Assembly (NCBI RefSeq): GCF_002017875.1
Contig: NZ_MUFV01000005.1
Span: 75,437-107,436, forward strand
DNA: 32,000 bases
Source: Deinococcus sp. LM3
GTDB lineage: Bacteria > Deinococcota > Deinococci > Deinococcales > Deinococcaceae
Direction: 5' to 3'
Below are positions 1 through 8,858 of this stretch, piece by piece (positions within the stretch are counted from its first letter, which is position 1; each line of letters opens with the position of its first letter). Both the position numbers and the translations under genes were made by a program. The notes under the pieces are model-generated. The model was not told where the DNA came from, did not search any database, and worked only from the letters and a program-made list of their open reading frames with translations.

Positions 1-1057
1 GCTTGCGAGTATTCACCATGAATTTCTCGTCGGCCGGGACGTTCATGATGCGGCGCATCTCGCCTGTTCCGGCGTAATGGGCGAGGACGTTATCGTCCAC
101 GCGCTGAAGGGCCGCGCCTATAAGGTAGAAGCGCGTCTTGATTTCCAGGCTGACGCGACCGTGGACGGGACGCATGATCGCCTCGACGTACCGGACGTTC
201 TTCAGGTCGTTCGGTGACAGGAAGTAGTGCCGGCGCAGCTGCTCGGCACTGATGACGCGGTCCACCTGGAGGTCTGTTTTGAACTGCTCGATGCGGTCGG
301 CGCGGCGCTCTCCCAGGAGGGTGAGCGTCTGCTCCGGGAACAGGCCAGGGTGCTTCCGGACGAACATGTCCCGGATGATGGGCGTGAGGGCGGGACCGGC
401 GTACTCTTCGGAACTGCCCGGGTTGAAGGTGGTGAGCTGGGCGCGCTCACCGCTGCCGCCGCCGGGCAGGTACGAGATGACGGTGAGCATGGAAGCGTGC
501 GTCTGCGCCAGACCCTGCCCGCGGGACGGAGAAGGCGTGAACAGGATCACGCGGAACCGGTGGGCGAGCGCGGAGGATTTCAGGCGTGTGACGAGACGCT
601 CGGTGGTGGTTCGGCTGAGGCCTCCGCCGGTGATGGCACCGCCGACAAGCGCGGCGCCCTGGGGGGTGATCATCGGGGACAGGTTCAGATTCCCGATGAA
701 CGGTTTCAGGACTGCTCTGGTGTCGTCGTCTACCGGGAGGTACCCGTAGTCCTCCATGCACAGGCGCAGGTACGCCCGGTCGAGGTGGCGCTGCGGCGCG
801 ACGTTCGTTCCCGCGGCGTTCCGGAAGAGCACCTGACGGCCGGTGAGGGAGAGCAGGTGCAGCGTGCCGATCACGGTTCGGACAGACACGAGAACACCCG
901 CTTTGAGGAGGTCCTGGTACCTCGGGCAACGCAGGCGGGCTTCCCGTTCCGTCCACGCACCCTCGTAGTCGTAAAGGTCTTCGAGTGCCTTGCGCTCGTC
1001 GGGCGTGAAGGCCAGCGAGACGCTGAGCCGGTTGATGGCGGCGGGGATTTTTCCCAT
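1..1057 (-). CDS. hypothetical protein, partial (C-terminus runs off window)
   Basis: Reverse-strand frame opens with ATG at 1057-1055 (MGKIPAAINRLSVSLAFTPDERKALEDLYDYEG...) after a GAGG-type ribosome site. No in-frame stop was seen down to position 1. The ORF track omits it because it leaves the window and shows only the antisense ORF 227..1117. Confidence 0.7.
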   Translation of the reverse strand, partial: MGKIPAAINRLSVSLAFTPDERKALEDLYDYEGAWTEREARLRCPRYQDLLKAGVLVSVRTVIGTLHLLSLTGRQVLFRNAAGTNVAPQRHLDRAYLRLCMEDYGYLPVDDDTRAVLKPFIGNLNLSPMITPQGAALVGGAITGGGLSRTTTERLVTRLKSSALAHRFRVILFTPSPSRGQGLAQTHASMLTVISYLPGGGSGERAQLTTFNPGSSEEYAGPALTPIIRDMFVRKHPGLFPEQTLTLLGERRADRIEQFKTDLQVDRVISAEQLRRHYFLSPNDLKNVRYVEAIMRPVHGRVSLEIKTRFYLIGAALQRVDDNVLAHYAGTGEMRRIMNVPADEKFMVNTRK

Positions 1058-1123
1058 GGGTCTGACTCCTCATGGCGCGCGGGAGGCCTCACAGGGACCT
1101 CCCGCGTACCTCGTTGACGGTGG

Positions 1124-1771
1124 TTACTTGCTGGTCGTGGGCGTATCTTTGGGGGCCTTCTCCGACCTGGCAGTTCCGGACTTCTGATCGGCTTTCGAGC
1201 TGGTGTTTGACGTGGCTTTCCGCTTGGGTTTCGGCTTGGGTTTGCGGGCGGATGCGGCGGCCGTGACGGTGCGTTCCGGCAGATTCTGCGTGGCCGCCAT
1301 GCGGCGGATCGCAGCCAGTCGCGCGAAGTCCAGTTCACCCTTCATGATCTGCTCCTCGGTGACCTGCACAGGGCCGCCGCCACGGATCAGGGCGTAGGTA
1401 CTTTCAGTGGTCTGCTGAGCCAGCCAGGCGTGAACCTGCGGCGTGTCCAGAATCAGTTCCTCATGGCCTTCGAAATCGAGTTCCTCGCCGTTCGCGTCGA
1501 CGTACGGGAGGCTGAATTCTTCGATGATCGTGGCGGCCTGAATGACGCCTTCGTGAATGGCGCGGCTGAACTCCGTGATGGGTTTCAGGCGCTGCTGGGT
1601 GGGGATGGCGCCGAGCAGCTCACTCCAGCGGACGAGCGTAGGCGTGACAGGCGGCGGAGCGTCACCGGACGCGGGGCTGGGTGGCGCGCCGAGTTGATCG
1701 AGTGCGGACGCGATCTCGCCGGGCTGGAAGTCTGGGCCGGTGGGGGGTTCCTGGAGAGGGGTATGGGACAT
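1124..1771 (-). CDS. hypothetical protein with Lys/Pro-rich C-terminal tail
   Basis: 215-aa ORF preceded by a strong Shine-Dalgarno (AAAGGAGGTCACCACT-ATG). Co-directional with the upstream hypothetical gene. Low-complexity basic tail KPKPKPKRKATSN. Confidence 0.7.
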   Translation of the reverse strand: MSHTPLQEPPTGPDFQPGEIASALDQLGAPPSPASGDAPPPVTPTLVRWSELLGAIPTQQRLKPITEFSRAIHEGVIQAATIIEEFSLPYVDANGEELDFEGHEELILDTPQVHAWLAQQTTESTYALIRGGGPVQVTEEQIMKGELDFARLAAIRRMAATQNLPERTVTAAASARKPKPKPKRKATSNTSSKADQKSGTARSEKAPKDTPTTSK

Positions 1772-1975
1772 AGTGGTGACCTCCTTTGACGTTTGGGAGC
1801 CATCTGGCGCCTTGGTCTCAGTGTGTGTGCACGTTGGGTTTATGAGTTCTAAGTTAAGATTTTTATAACACCACGCCCAATTGGGAATCCCCTATTCAGG
1901 CCACCTCATCAGACAGGCGACGTCACGTGCAGGACAACCTAAAACCCTCCGCCAGCGCCGGGCAAATGCACCTCG

Positions 1976-2112
1976 TACGGATTCCGTTTGTTTCGCCAAC
2001 AATCCGGAACTTCACCGGATTGCCGGCTTCACTTCCGGAACCCGTTTTTCTCCCACTCGCTTCGCTCGGATTGGACGGGCTTTGCAGCCCATTCAATCGG
2101 AGTCGGTATCAG
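1976..2112 (+). repeat. structured dispersed repeat, copy A (SNR/MITE-like)
   Basis: GTACGGATTCCGTTTGTTTCGCC...CAATCCGGAACTTCACCGGATTG...ACTCGCTTCGCTCGG...GGGCTTTGCAGCCCATTCAATCGGAGTCGGTATC. Near-identical inverted copy at 20079..20213. Contains several hairpins. Confidence 0.85.
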
Positions 2113-2163
2113 ACAAGCGTTGCAGCCGCTATTGGTCACAGACACACAGCGAACCGGTCAGGA

Positions 2164-3786
2164 TCAGTCGTCCGCCACCTGCTGGGGGGTGAAGGTGTAC
2201 TTGACGTGGCTGGTGCTGAACTTCGCGATTCTCATGCTCTCGCCACTGTCGAGGTAGACGGTCGGGCCGTCGATACGCTCAATGCGGACCAGGGTGCCGC
2301 TCGCCTTGTGCCGCCAGATCTTCCCGGCCGCCAGGGCGCCCTCGGCCTCGATGGCCGCGTCGACCGGCGCGTCCGCCTGGACCGGGGCGGGGCGGGCACC
2401 TTCATTCTTCACGTCGTACGCGTGACCCAGGGCCGGCTGCGGGGTCGGGGATCTCTGGCCGGAGAGGGCCTCGGCCGTGAAGGCCTTGCCGAGCAGGCGG
2501 TCCAGGGCGTAGTACCCGGCGTTCGGCATGCCGCCGGGAATGCGGGGGGCGTCGTGCGACGCGGCCTTCGCGGCGCGGTCCAGTTCGGCGTCCGTCAGGC
2601 GGGGCAGCAGATGGCGGTGCGTGCCGGGCAGGGCCAGCTGCTCACGCAGGTGCCCGAGGCGCTTGGCGCTGCTGGCCTGCATCAGGGCCCGCAGGACCTT
2701 CAGGCCCTCCGGATCCCGGGGGGGCCGCGCCTGCAGGTCCGCGAGTGGAATGGGTTCCAGAGCCAGGATCGCCCAGCCCTGGGCACCGGGGTTTTCCACA
2801 GGGGCCGCGGCGGCCGGCGGAACATCTTCAACACCTTCGGCTGTGCCTGATTCCCCGCCTTCCATGCCAGACCCGACCAGTTGATCCAGGAGCAGGTCCT
2901 CGCCCTCTTCGGCGTCCGTGTCTTCAGGCAGGCCTTCAGTGGTTCCGCCGTCAGGCGAAAAGTCATCATCCTGCGCCCTGACTGACTCAATCCAGTCAGG
3001 AATGATGGATGATTTTTTCTCTGTCTGAATCTCTGTCGGCTTCTCGGCAGGCATCTGTGCTGGAGTCTCTGTATATGTAATTGTCAAATCGGTAATTCCG
3101 TTATTACCGTCCCGGTAATCCGGTCTTTGACCGTTTGGTAATTCCGTTATTACCCTTTTGGTAGTTTGGTTATTATCAAAAGAGTAATAACCAGCTGCTC
3201 CGACTCCAGTTTCGCCGGCAGAGTTGGCCAGTTGAGCATCAACCTCATCAGAGGCTCTGGCGGCCTCATCAACCTGCGCTTTGCGACGGTTCCCAGAGGT
3301 GGGCTTGCTGCCCTTCTTGTGGATCAGTTCGCGCCTCGCTTTTGGCCTCACTCGGCCCGCTTGGCGTTCTTGCAGCGGCATCTGAAGTATCTGCTTCCAC
3401 AATTCAGCGAATCGGTCCTCATTAATGCTGAAGTGGACGGTGGGGACCCCCGCATATTTTTTGATTTTGAGCGTCACGATACCAAGGCTCTCCAAAGTCC
3501 GACGAGCACCAACCGCCTCCTTAGCTGTCAAACGGATCTCGGACCACCAAGCCTTGTCAGATTTCGCCAGCCAGAGCCGCCCCTCGTGCGATATCGTCAA
3601 TCGGGTGTCATTGTCACCCCGATTCTTCCGGGGCAGCCGCCAATACATTATCTGGCTGAGCATCAATCCGGCTTTAAGGTCGCCCGCCATGTCGACGTAA
3701 AGCCTCTTAAAATCGATAGCATCATTCGTTGTGCGCTCCCAAGCTACGTAGGCTTGGAAGTCGGCAGTTGGTTCTATCGTGCTCAC
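2164..3786 (-). CDS. putative plasmid/phage replication-associated protein (DnaD/replisome-organiser-like N-terminus), tentative
   Basis: 540-aa ORF. The N-terminal part (GDLKAGLMLSQIMYWRLPR...RLTISHEGRLWLAKSDKAWWSEIRLTAKEAVGARRTLESLGIVTLKIKKY) resembles winged-helix N-domains of plasmid/phage replication proteins. Family not confirmed. Confidence 0.55.
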   Translation of the reverse strand: MSTIEPTADFQAYVAWERTTNDAIDFKRLYVDMAGDLKAGLMLSQIMYWRLPRKNRGDNDTRLTISHEGRLWLAKSDKAWWSEIRLTAKEAVGARRTLESLGIVTLKIKKYAGVPTVHFSINEDRFAELWKQILQMPLQERQAGRVRPKARRELIHKKGSKPTSGNRRKAQVDEAARASDEVDAQLANSAGETGVGAAGYYSFDNNQTTKRVITELPNGQRPDYRDGNNGITDLTITYTETPAQMPAEKPTEIQTEKKSSIIPDWIESVRAQDDDFSPDGGTTEGLPEDTDAEEGEDLLLDQLVGSGMEGGESGTAEGVEDVPPAAAAPVENPGAQGWAILALEPIPLADLQARPPRDPEGLKVLRALMQASSAKRLGHLREQLALPGTHRHLLPRLTDAELDRAAKAASHDAPRIPGGMPNAGYYALDRLLGKAFTAEALSGQRSPTPQPALGHAYDVKNEGARPAPVQADAPVDAAIEAEGALAAGKIWRHKASGTLVRIERIDGPTVYLDSGESMRIAKFSTSHVKYTFTPQQVADD

Positions 3787-4406
3787 AGTTTGTTCCCTGG
3801 TGTGTGGCGGGTGGCAGCATCCACTGGTTCTGTGTTGAGCAGTGCCAGCAGAGTGCGTAGCCGAAGCAGCCGCCAGCTGCTATGTGAGCGGTCATGTATG
3901 TGACGAGCCCCCACCGGACGGGGTTCTACATGGTTATTCGCGGGCTCTGCTTTTTGCGTGAAGGACCACTCCATAAGTTCAGAAAGTGCCGAAAAGCAAA
4001 TCGTCAAAAATCTCGTCTGGGTGCGGAATAACGACATACGTATATGGTTGTGTGCGATTGGGTTTCAAGACAATTCTGAGTCAAGTAGGCTATAAAATTC
4101 CGTCCCTAAATATCGGACAGCTCCTGGCTCACATTGTCTTTTCCTCCGACTCTGCCTGCAAATCCAGGAGACAGGCCGCAATGCGGCTGATCTCACTGAC
4201 GCGGCTCACATGAGATCCCGTCAACCACATGGGCCAGTCTTTTCAATCAGGCCGGTCAATAAAGAATGTGCCGACTATATCCCGAAACCGTAGATACGGA
4301 TTGCCCCTCTGCAGGGGAACGCGAGTAGCACAGACCGGTTAGCCAAGAAAAACACTGACAGATTGTGAGCATAGACTCGCGGCTCAGTGTGAATCTGGGC
4401 CATGAA

Positions 4407-4431
4407 GTTGACAATCTCCAAATTTGTCAAC
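4407..4431. promoter_or_regulatory. inverted repeat GTTGACAA-N9-TTGTCAAC, possible operator or origin element
   Basis: Perfect 8-bp arms in the non-coding region upstream of the putative replication gene. Confidence 0.35.
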
Positions 4432-4688
4432 GAACTCGATGGAAGCAGCAATACTCGTCAGTACCCACGTGACGCCAAACGGACGGGTTTCCCACGCCTC
4501 ACGGGCAGCCGCCAACAAGTTGTTCAGCCGGCTGGCGTCTGATCTGCTTCTGCCGCATTCAACGGCATCTGTGTTCCCGAATATCTCTTCTTAACTTCCT
4601 CCCTTCAAGAAAAGAAAGTGCAGAGATGCCGACAGTCGAGTCAGGTAGGTTCCTGAACTCTGACATGTGGGCAGAGCAGATCAGAAAG

Positions 4689-5045
4689 GGTGCGGTTCAG
4701 GTGTGCTGATGGGTTTCCAAGTCAAGCGATTCCGGAAGAGCAGTCTCCGCGAGTCCTTCCTGCTGACTTTCGAGAAGCCGATCAGTGTCAGTCTGCGGAA
4801 CTTCTCGTAGCCACTGCATCTGTTTGCGATTGGCGTGGTCGTGGCAGCTCATCAGATACGGTCGTGACCGCGTTTGTCGGTACATGTTGCTTCACATGAG
4901 TGCCCCAAACAGCGCAATCCGAAATCGTGTTTTTTAACGAATAGGAACTTTTTTGGGCTCTTTTTCTGCAGATTCCGGTGAAAAATCGCGAAAACGCTGT
5001 TCTGGCGGGCCTTCTAGGGCCACCTGACAGGAAGGATAGGAAAGG
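4689..5045. repeat. tandem-spaced direct repeat, copy 1
   Basis: About 350 bp of high similarity to 5074..5430 at a constant 385-bp offset (for example TGCGGTTCAGGTGTGCTGATGGGTTTCCAAGTCAAGCGATTCCGGAAGAGCAGTCTCCGCG). Confidence 0.9.
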
Positions 5046-5073
5046 GGCTGCGGGATCCGTGGTGTGCAGGAGG

Positions 5074-5430
5074 GGTGCGGTTCAGGTGTGCTGATGGGTT
5101 TCCAAGTCAAGCGATTCCGGAAGAGCAGTCTCCGCGGGCCCTTCCCGCTGACTTTCGGGAAGCCGGTCAGTGTCAGTCTGCGGAACTTCTCGTAGCCACT
5201 GCATCTGTTTGCGATTCGCGCGGTCGTGGCAGCTCATCAGATACGATCGTGACCGCGTTTGTCAGTACATGATGCCTCACATGAGTGCCCCAAACAGCGC
5301 AATCCGAAGTCGTGTTTTTCGACAAAGATGCACTTTTTTGGGCTCTTTTTCTGCGAATTCCGGTGAAAAATCGCGAAAACGCTGTTCTGGCGGGTCTTCT
5401 AGGGCGGCCTTACAGGAAGGCCAGGAAGGG
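5074..5430. repeat. tandem-spaced direct repeat, copy 2
   Basis: Same sequence as copy 1 with scattered substitutions; offset 385 bp at both ends. Confidence 0.9.
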
Positions 5431-5482
5431 GGCGGCGGGAACTGTGGGGGGGTCTTGGGTGCTGCTTAAGGAAAAGATTGAG

Positions 5483-5508
5483 TTGACACTAATATTCCTT
5501 AGTGTGAA
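5483..5508. promoter_or_regulatory. operator-like inverted repeat overlapping a TTGACA -35-like hexamer
   Basis: TTGACACTAA-TATTCC-TTAGTGTGAA, 10-bp arms with one mismatch. Confidence 0.4.
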
Positions 5509-5771
5509 ATTTATCTCCTATGGACGGTCAGTTCGCTGCTGAGCCGGCACCCATCCACCGGACTGGAAACGCCTCACCTGAGATGGGCTCCCTTCCGTCC
5601 CAGTCAGGTTCGCAGTCCGCTCCACGTCCGAATTGCAGGTCCCACGGGGCCGGCTACAGCGTAAGCAGGATCTCAGCAATCCGTACCCCCATCAGGGGTT
5701 TTCCCGAACGAGTGGCATGAGCACTTCACCGGGTGCCGGTCCTCTCTCACCACATTGCCTCCAGATCTTCC

Positions 5772-5802
5772 ATTCGCTGTTCGCGATTCGCGAACAGCGA
5801 AT
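5772..5802. promoter_or_regulatory. perfect 31-bp palindromic operator immediately upstream of a TATACT -10 and the ATG
   Basis: ATTCGCTGTTCGCGA-T-TCGCGAACAGCGAAT (15-bp perfect arms). TATACT at 5802-5807, ATG at 5814, suggesting a leaderless or near-leaderless transcript. Confidence 0.75.
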
Positions 5803-5813
5803 ATACTGAGACC

Positions 5814-6323
5814 ATGCTCAAACCCCAGGATCTTCTGATTCTCCTCAAGCTCCTTCAGTCGGGGTATACCTCGCACGCGCAGCTTTCAGGAAGCCTGGGC
5901 ATGAGCTCGTCCGAAGTGCACGCCGGACTCAAACGACTCAAGCAGTCCCGACTCGTCAAGAGCGACGTCTCCCCCATCCGGTCAGCCGTCCGTGAGGTTC
6001 TCCGGTACGGTGTCCCCTATTTCCTCCCCGCCGTGCGGGGCGAACTCACCCGCGGCATGCCGACCGCCTACGCCGCGCCACCACTGAACGCCCATATCGC
6101 TCAGGGCAGCGACCCGCCCCCCATCTGGCCCGACCCTGAAGGCACCGTCCGTGGTCAAGCCCTGGCCCCCCTCTACCGCTCGGTGCCCTTCGCCGCCCGT
6201 CAGGACCCAGCACTCTACGAATGGCTCGCGCTGGTCGATGCCCTGCGGAGCGGAAGCACCCGCGAACGCCAGTTGGCCGGCAAGCTTCTGGACGAGCGCC
6301 TGCAGATCCCGGTCGTGTCATGA
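5814..6323 (+). CDS. winged-helix/MarR-like HTH protein, probable antitoxin/regulator partner of the downstream nucleotidyltransferase
   Basis: MLKPQDLLILLKLLQSGYTSHAQLSGSLGMSSSEVHAGLKRLKQSRLVKSD... HTH pattern. The start downstream of the palindrome is preferred over the ORF-track start at 5733. The stop overlaps the next ATG (ATGA). Confidence 0.7.
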   Translation: MLKPQDLLILLKLLQSGYTSHAQLSGSLGMSSSEVHAGLKRLKQSRLVKSDVSPIRSAVREVLRYGVPYFLPAVRGELTRGMPTAYAAPPLNAHIAQGSDPPPIWPDPEGTVRGQALAPLYRSVPFAARQDPALYEWLALVDALRSGSTRERQLAGKLLDERLQIPVVS

Positions 6324-7027
6324 GCAGCGCAGCGAACATTGAGCGGCTCACCGAGACTGTGCGCCGCCTCGGTCCACTCGCGCAGCAGATGGTCTTCGTC
6401 GGCGGCAGTACCACCGCCCTCTTCATCACCGACGCCGCAGCCGCTGACGTGCGCGAAACCCTGGATATCGACGCCATCGTCAAGATCACCCGGGCCGGGT
6501 ACAACCGGTTGACCGAGTCACTGAACGGGCAGGGCTTCTTCGAGGACACGACTGAAGGCGCACCGATCTGCCGGTTCCGCAACGGCGATCTGATCCTCGA
6601 TGTGATGCCAACCGACGAGCAGGTGCTGGGCTTCAGTAACCCCTGGTACCTCCCCGCGATGGAGCACGCCGAGACCCTGAACCTGGCGGACGGTCTCCAG
6701 GTGCGAACCATCACGGCCCCCTATTTCCTCGCTACCAAACTGGTGGCCTTCGAGGGCCGCGGTGAGGGTGAGTACGGCCTCAGCCATGACATCAGCGACG
6801 TCGTCTCTGTCCTTGATGGGCGGCCTGAAGTGGTCGACGAGGTCAGGCAGAGTGACCGTGAGCTCAAGGCGTTTCTGGCTCAGGCGGCCCGCGAACTGCT
6901 GGTGACCCCCGCATTTACGGACACCATCTCCTATCACCTGCTGCCCGACCCGGCGAGTCAAGCCCGGGAAGGGCTGATCTTGAAGCGTCTGGAACTTCTT
7001 GCAGCAGCCGATCAGCAGGATTCCTGA
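6320..7027 (+). CDS. nucleotidyltransferase-like protein, AbiEii/AbiGii-type toxin candidate
   Basis: VFVGGSTTALFITD...ETLDIDAIVKI nucleotidyltransferase-type GG(S)..D(I)D signature. Translationally coupled to the HTH gene. Confidence 0.65.
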   Translation: MSSAANIERLTETVRRLGPLAQQMVFVGGSTTALFITDAAAADVRETLDIDAIVKITRAGYNRLTESLNGQGFFEDTTEGAPICRFRNGDLILDVMPTDEQVLGFSNPWYLPAMEHAETLNLADGLQVRTITAPYFLATKLVAFEGRGEGEYGLSHDISDVVSVLDGRPEVVDEVRQSDRELKAFLAQAARELLVTPAFTDTISYHLLPDPASQAREGLILKRLELLAAADQQDS

Positions 7028-7298
7028 AAGCTCCTGGGACGCTTCGGGCAACCGCACACCGATGAGGTTGCTGAGCCGTAAGTGCCCTGAGCCCTGATCA
7101 TCCTGGAATGTTGGGATGAACAAGAGTTGCTCTACATTCAAGTCAGCCATGACCTGCTGGGAGTCCACGTCACATCCAAGGCCAGCCGTACCGGGATCTG
7201 GTGTCCAGAACGGCGTGGAAGGGGTTCGGATCAGCAATCCATCAGACAGGAAAGTGAACTTGATTTCGCTCATGACAGAAATCCAGAGGGAAATCATT

Positions 7299-7342
7299 CT
7301 TTCATGCCTACTTTCATGATGCATTGAAAGATAACTTTCAAG
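7299..7342. promoter_or_regulatory. 12-bp-phased motif array, candidate centromere/parA operator
   Basis: CTTTCATG at 7299, CTTTCATG at 7311, reverse-complement CTTTCAAT at 7323, CTTTCAAG at 7335: four units at exact 12-bp spacing just upstream of parA. Confidence 0.6.
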
Positions 7343-7375
7343 CCTGATTGTTGTCTTTCCGTCTGTTGAGACGGC

Positions 7376-8047
7376 ATGATGGCAGGCATGTCAGCCAGAA
7401 TGTCTCCTGTCGTGATCAGCGCCGTCATGAAGAAGGGCGGTGCCGGGAAAACCTCGACCATCGTGCCCCTGGCCAGTTTCGCTGCGCAGTCCGGGGCCCG
7501 CGTGGCCCTGATCGACATGGACAGCACGCCGAGCGCCCATCAGTGGTTCACGGCGGCTGAACTGGGCAGCGAGACGTTCGCCTGTGACCGCATCACGGCG
7601 GACGAGCTCGATCCGCTGCTGCGGGATATCCGGGAGAGCAGCGCCTTTGATTTCGTGTTCATCGACACGCCCCCCGGGGATAAGCACGGCATCGTGCAGG
7701 CCATGAGTGAGAGTGACCTGGTGCTGATGCCCCTGCACATCGGGTCAGGGGACGTACCCCAGTTGGTCGAGACGTACCACCTGATGCGCCTGCCACTGCG
7801 GGCCAATCCGAAGTTGCATCACCTGATCGTCGTGAACCACGCAGGGACGATGCCAGCGGTGACGCGCGACACGATCAGTGCCATCCAGACTGAACTGCCG
7901 GACGCACAGATCGCGGCCGCCACCATTCCGTACAGCAAGCAGTACGCCCTGGCAAAAGGCAACCGCCCGGACCGCGTGAAGTGGTGGCATTACGACAAGT
8001 TGTGGAAGGAGATTCAGACCCTGCTGCCGCAGGAGGTGCCCGCATGA
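7376..8047 (+). CDS. parA: ParA family partition ATPase
   Basis: Deviant Walker A KKGGAGKTS, FVFIDTPPGDK, LIVVNHAG. The true start may be the internal ATG at about 7400 (MSPVVISAVMKKGGAGKTS). Confidence 0.85.
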   Translation: MMAGMSARMSPVVISAVMKKGGAGKTSTIVPLASFAAQSGARVALIDMDSTPSAHQWFTAAELGSETFACDRITADELDPLLRDIRESSAFDFVFIDTPPGDKHGIVQAMSESDLVLMPLHIGSGDVPQLVETYHLMRLPLRANPKLHHLIVVNHAGTMPAVTRDTISAIQTELPDAQIAAATIPYSKQYALAKGNRPDRVKWWHYDKLWKEIQTLLPQEVPA

Positions 8048-8394
8048 GCAGCATCCGCAAGATGATGGGGCAGGCCGAACCGCAACCGGAAACCCCTCCG
8101 CTGCGCACGGCGCCCCAGACACCAGAGCTGAAAGAACAGCCCACACCACCCATCACTGAAGGGCCGCGCCGGTTGAACCTGCCGCCAGTCGCCCCGCCCG
8201 AAGAACGCAAGCCGCTGAGCACCCGCGTGAAACCCAGCTTGAAAAAGGCGCTGGAGGACTACACCAAAGAGATCCGGGACGCGGGGTTCAACGTCACGCA
8301 GGAGATGGTACTGGACGTGCTTCTACGTGAGTTGCGGGACAGTGAGGGGTTACGAGAGAAGGTGGCTGCGGTCCTCGTCGCTGAGCAGAAGTGA
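8044..8394 (+). CDS. small ribbon-helix-helix-like centromere-binding partner of ParA
   Basis: ATGA overlap with the parA stop. C-terminal KPLSTRVKPSLKKALEDYTKEIRDAGFNVTQEMVLDVLLREL fits an RHH fold. Start set at 8044, not the ORF-track 7981. Confidence 0.65.
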   Translation: MSSIRKMMGQAEPQPETPPLRTAPQTPELKEQPTPPITEGPRRLNLPPVAPPEERKPLSTRVKPSLKKALEDYTKEIRDAGFNVTQEMVLDVLLRELRDSEGLREKVAAVLVAEQK

Positions 8395-8490
8395 CCAGAG
8401 GAGAGGAGGCCCGCCCTTGTCGCCCTTCCCGGTCAATCTTGTCTTAACCAGAGTAGATTTCGTCGGGTACTGAGGAACCGGAGACTACAA

Positions 8491-8739
8491 CTACCCGTTT
8501 CCGCGTAACAGATCTTGCATGGATAGCTTAAGTGCAGTAGTCAGTCGCAGGAGAGTTGTGAACTGCGGGTCGTACTGCGCACTTTCGATTTTGCTGATGT
8601 GGCTTCGCGAGAGGTTGGCACGGGCGGCAAGTTCTTCCTGACTGTATCCAGAGTTTTGACGTGCCTGCCGGATCTGAGCCGCCATCCACTCCAACGCCTG
8701 TTGTTCATGGGCTTGGTAGGTTCGAGGTGTGCGGGCCAT
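8491..8739 (-). CDS. XRE/Cro-family HTH transcriptional regulator (C-protein-like)
   Basis: EWMAAQIRQARQNSGYSQEELAARANLSRSHISKIESAQYDPQFTTLLRLTTALKLSMQDLL is a classic XRE HTH. Confidence 0.9.
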   Translation of the reverse strand: MARTPRTYQAHEQQALEWMAAQIRQARQNSGYSQEELAARANLSRSHISKIESAQYDPQFTTLLRLTTALKLSMQDLLRGNG

Positions 8740-8771
8740 TCCACCTACAGTGCAAGAGTTGATCTGACTGT

Positions 8772-8807
8772 GCCACCTATTATAATATGCATATTATAAT
8801 AGGTGGC
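8772..8807. promoter_or_regulatory. perfect 36-bp palindrome carrying divergent TATAAT boxes
   Basis: GCCACCTATTATAATATG/CATATTATAATAGGTGGC. Plus-strand TATAAT at 8781-8786 with TTGATC at 8759-8764 (16-bp spacer). Mirror TATAAT on the minus strand at 8798-8793, between the XRE gene and the dpd-like operon. Confidence 0.85.
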
Positions 8808-8858
8808 GTGCAGGTGTGACGAATGTTTGGGTAGATCAGGACCAGTCAGGAGGGAAGA

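Noticed and set aside
227-1117. 296-aa plus-strand ORF
   Set aside because: Codon-for-codon antisense to the better-supported minus-strand gene that runs off the window; high-GC shadow ORF.
3166-3903. 245-aa plus-strand ORF
   Set aside because: Mostly antisense to the 540-aa gene; low plausibility as protein.
6518-7324. 268-aa minus-strand ORF
   Set aside because: Antisense to the nucleotidyltransferase gene that carries real motifs.
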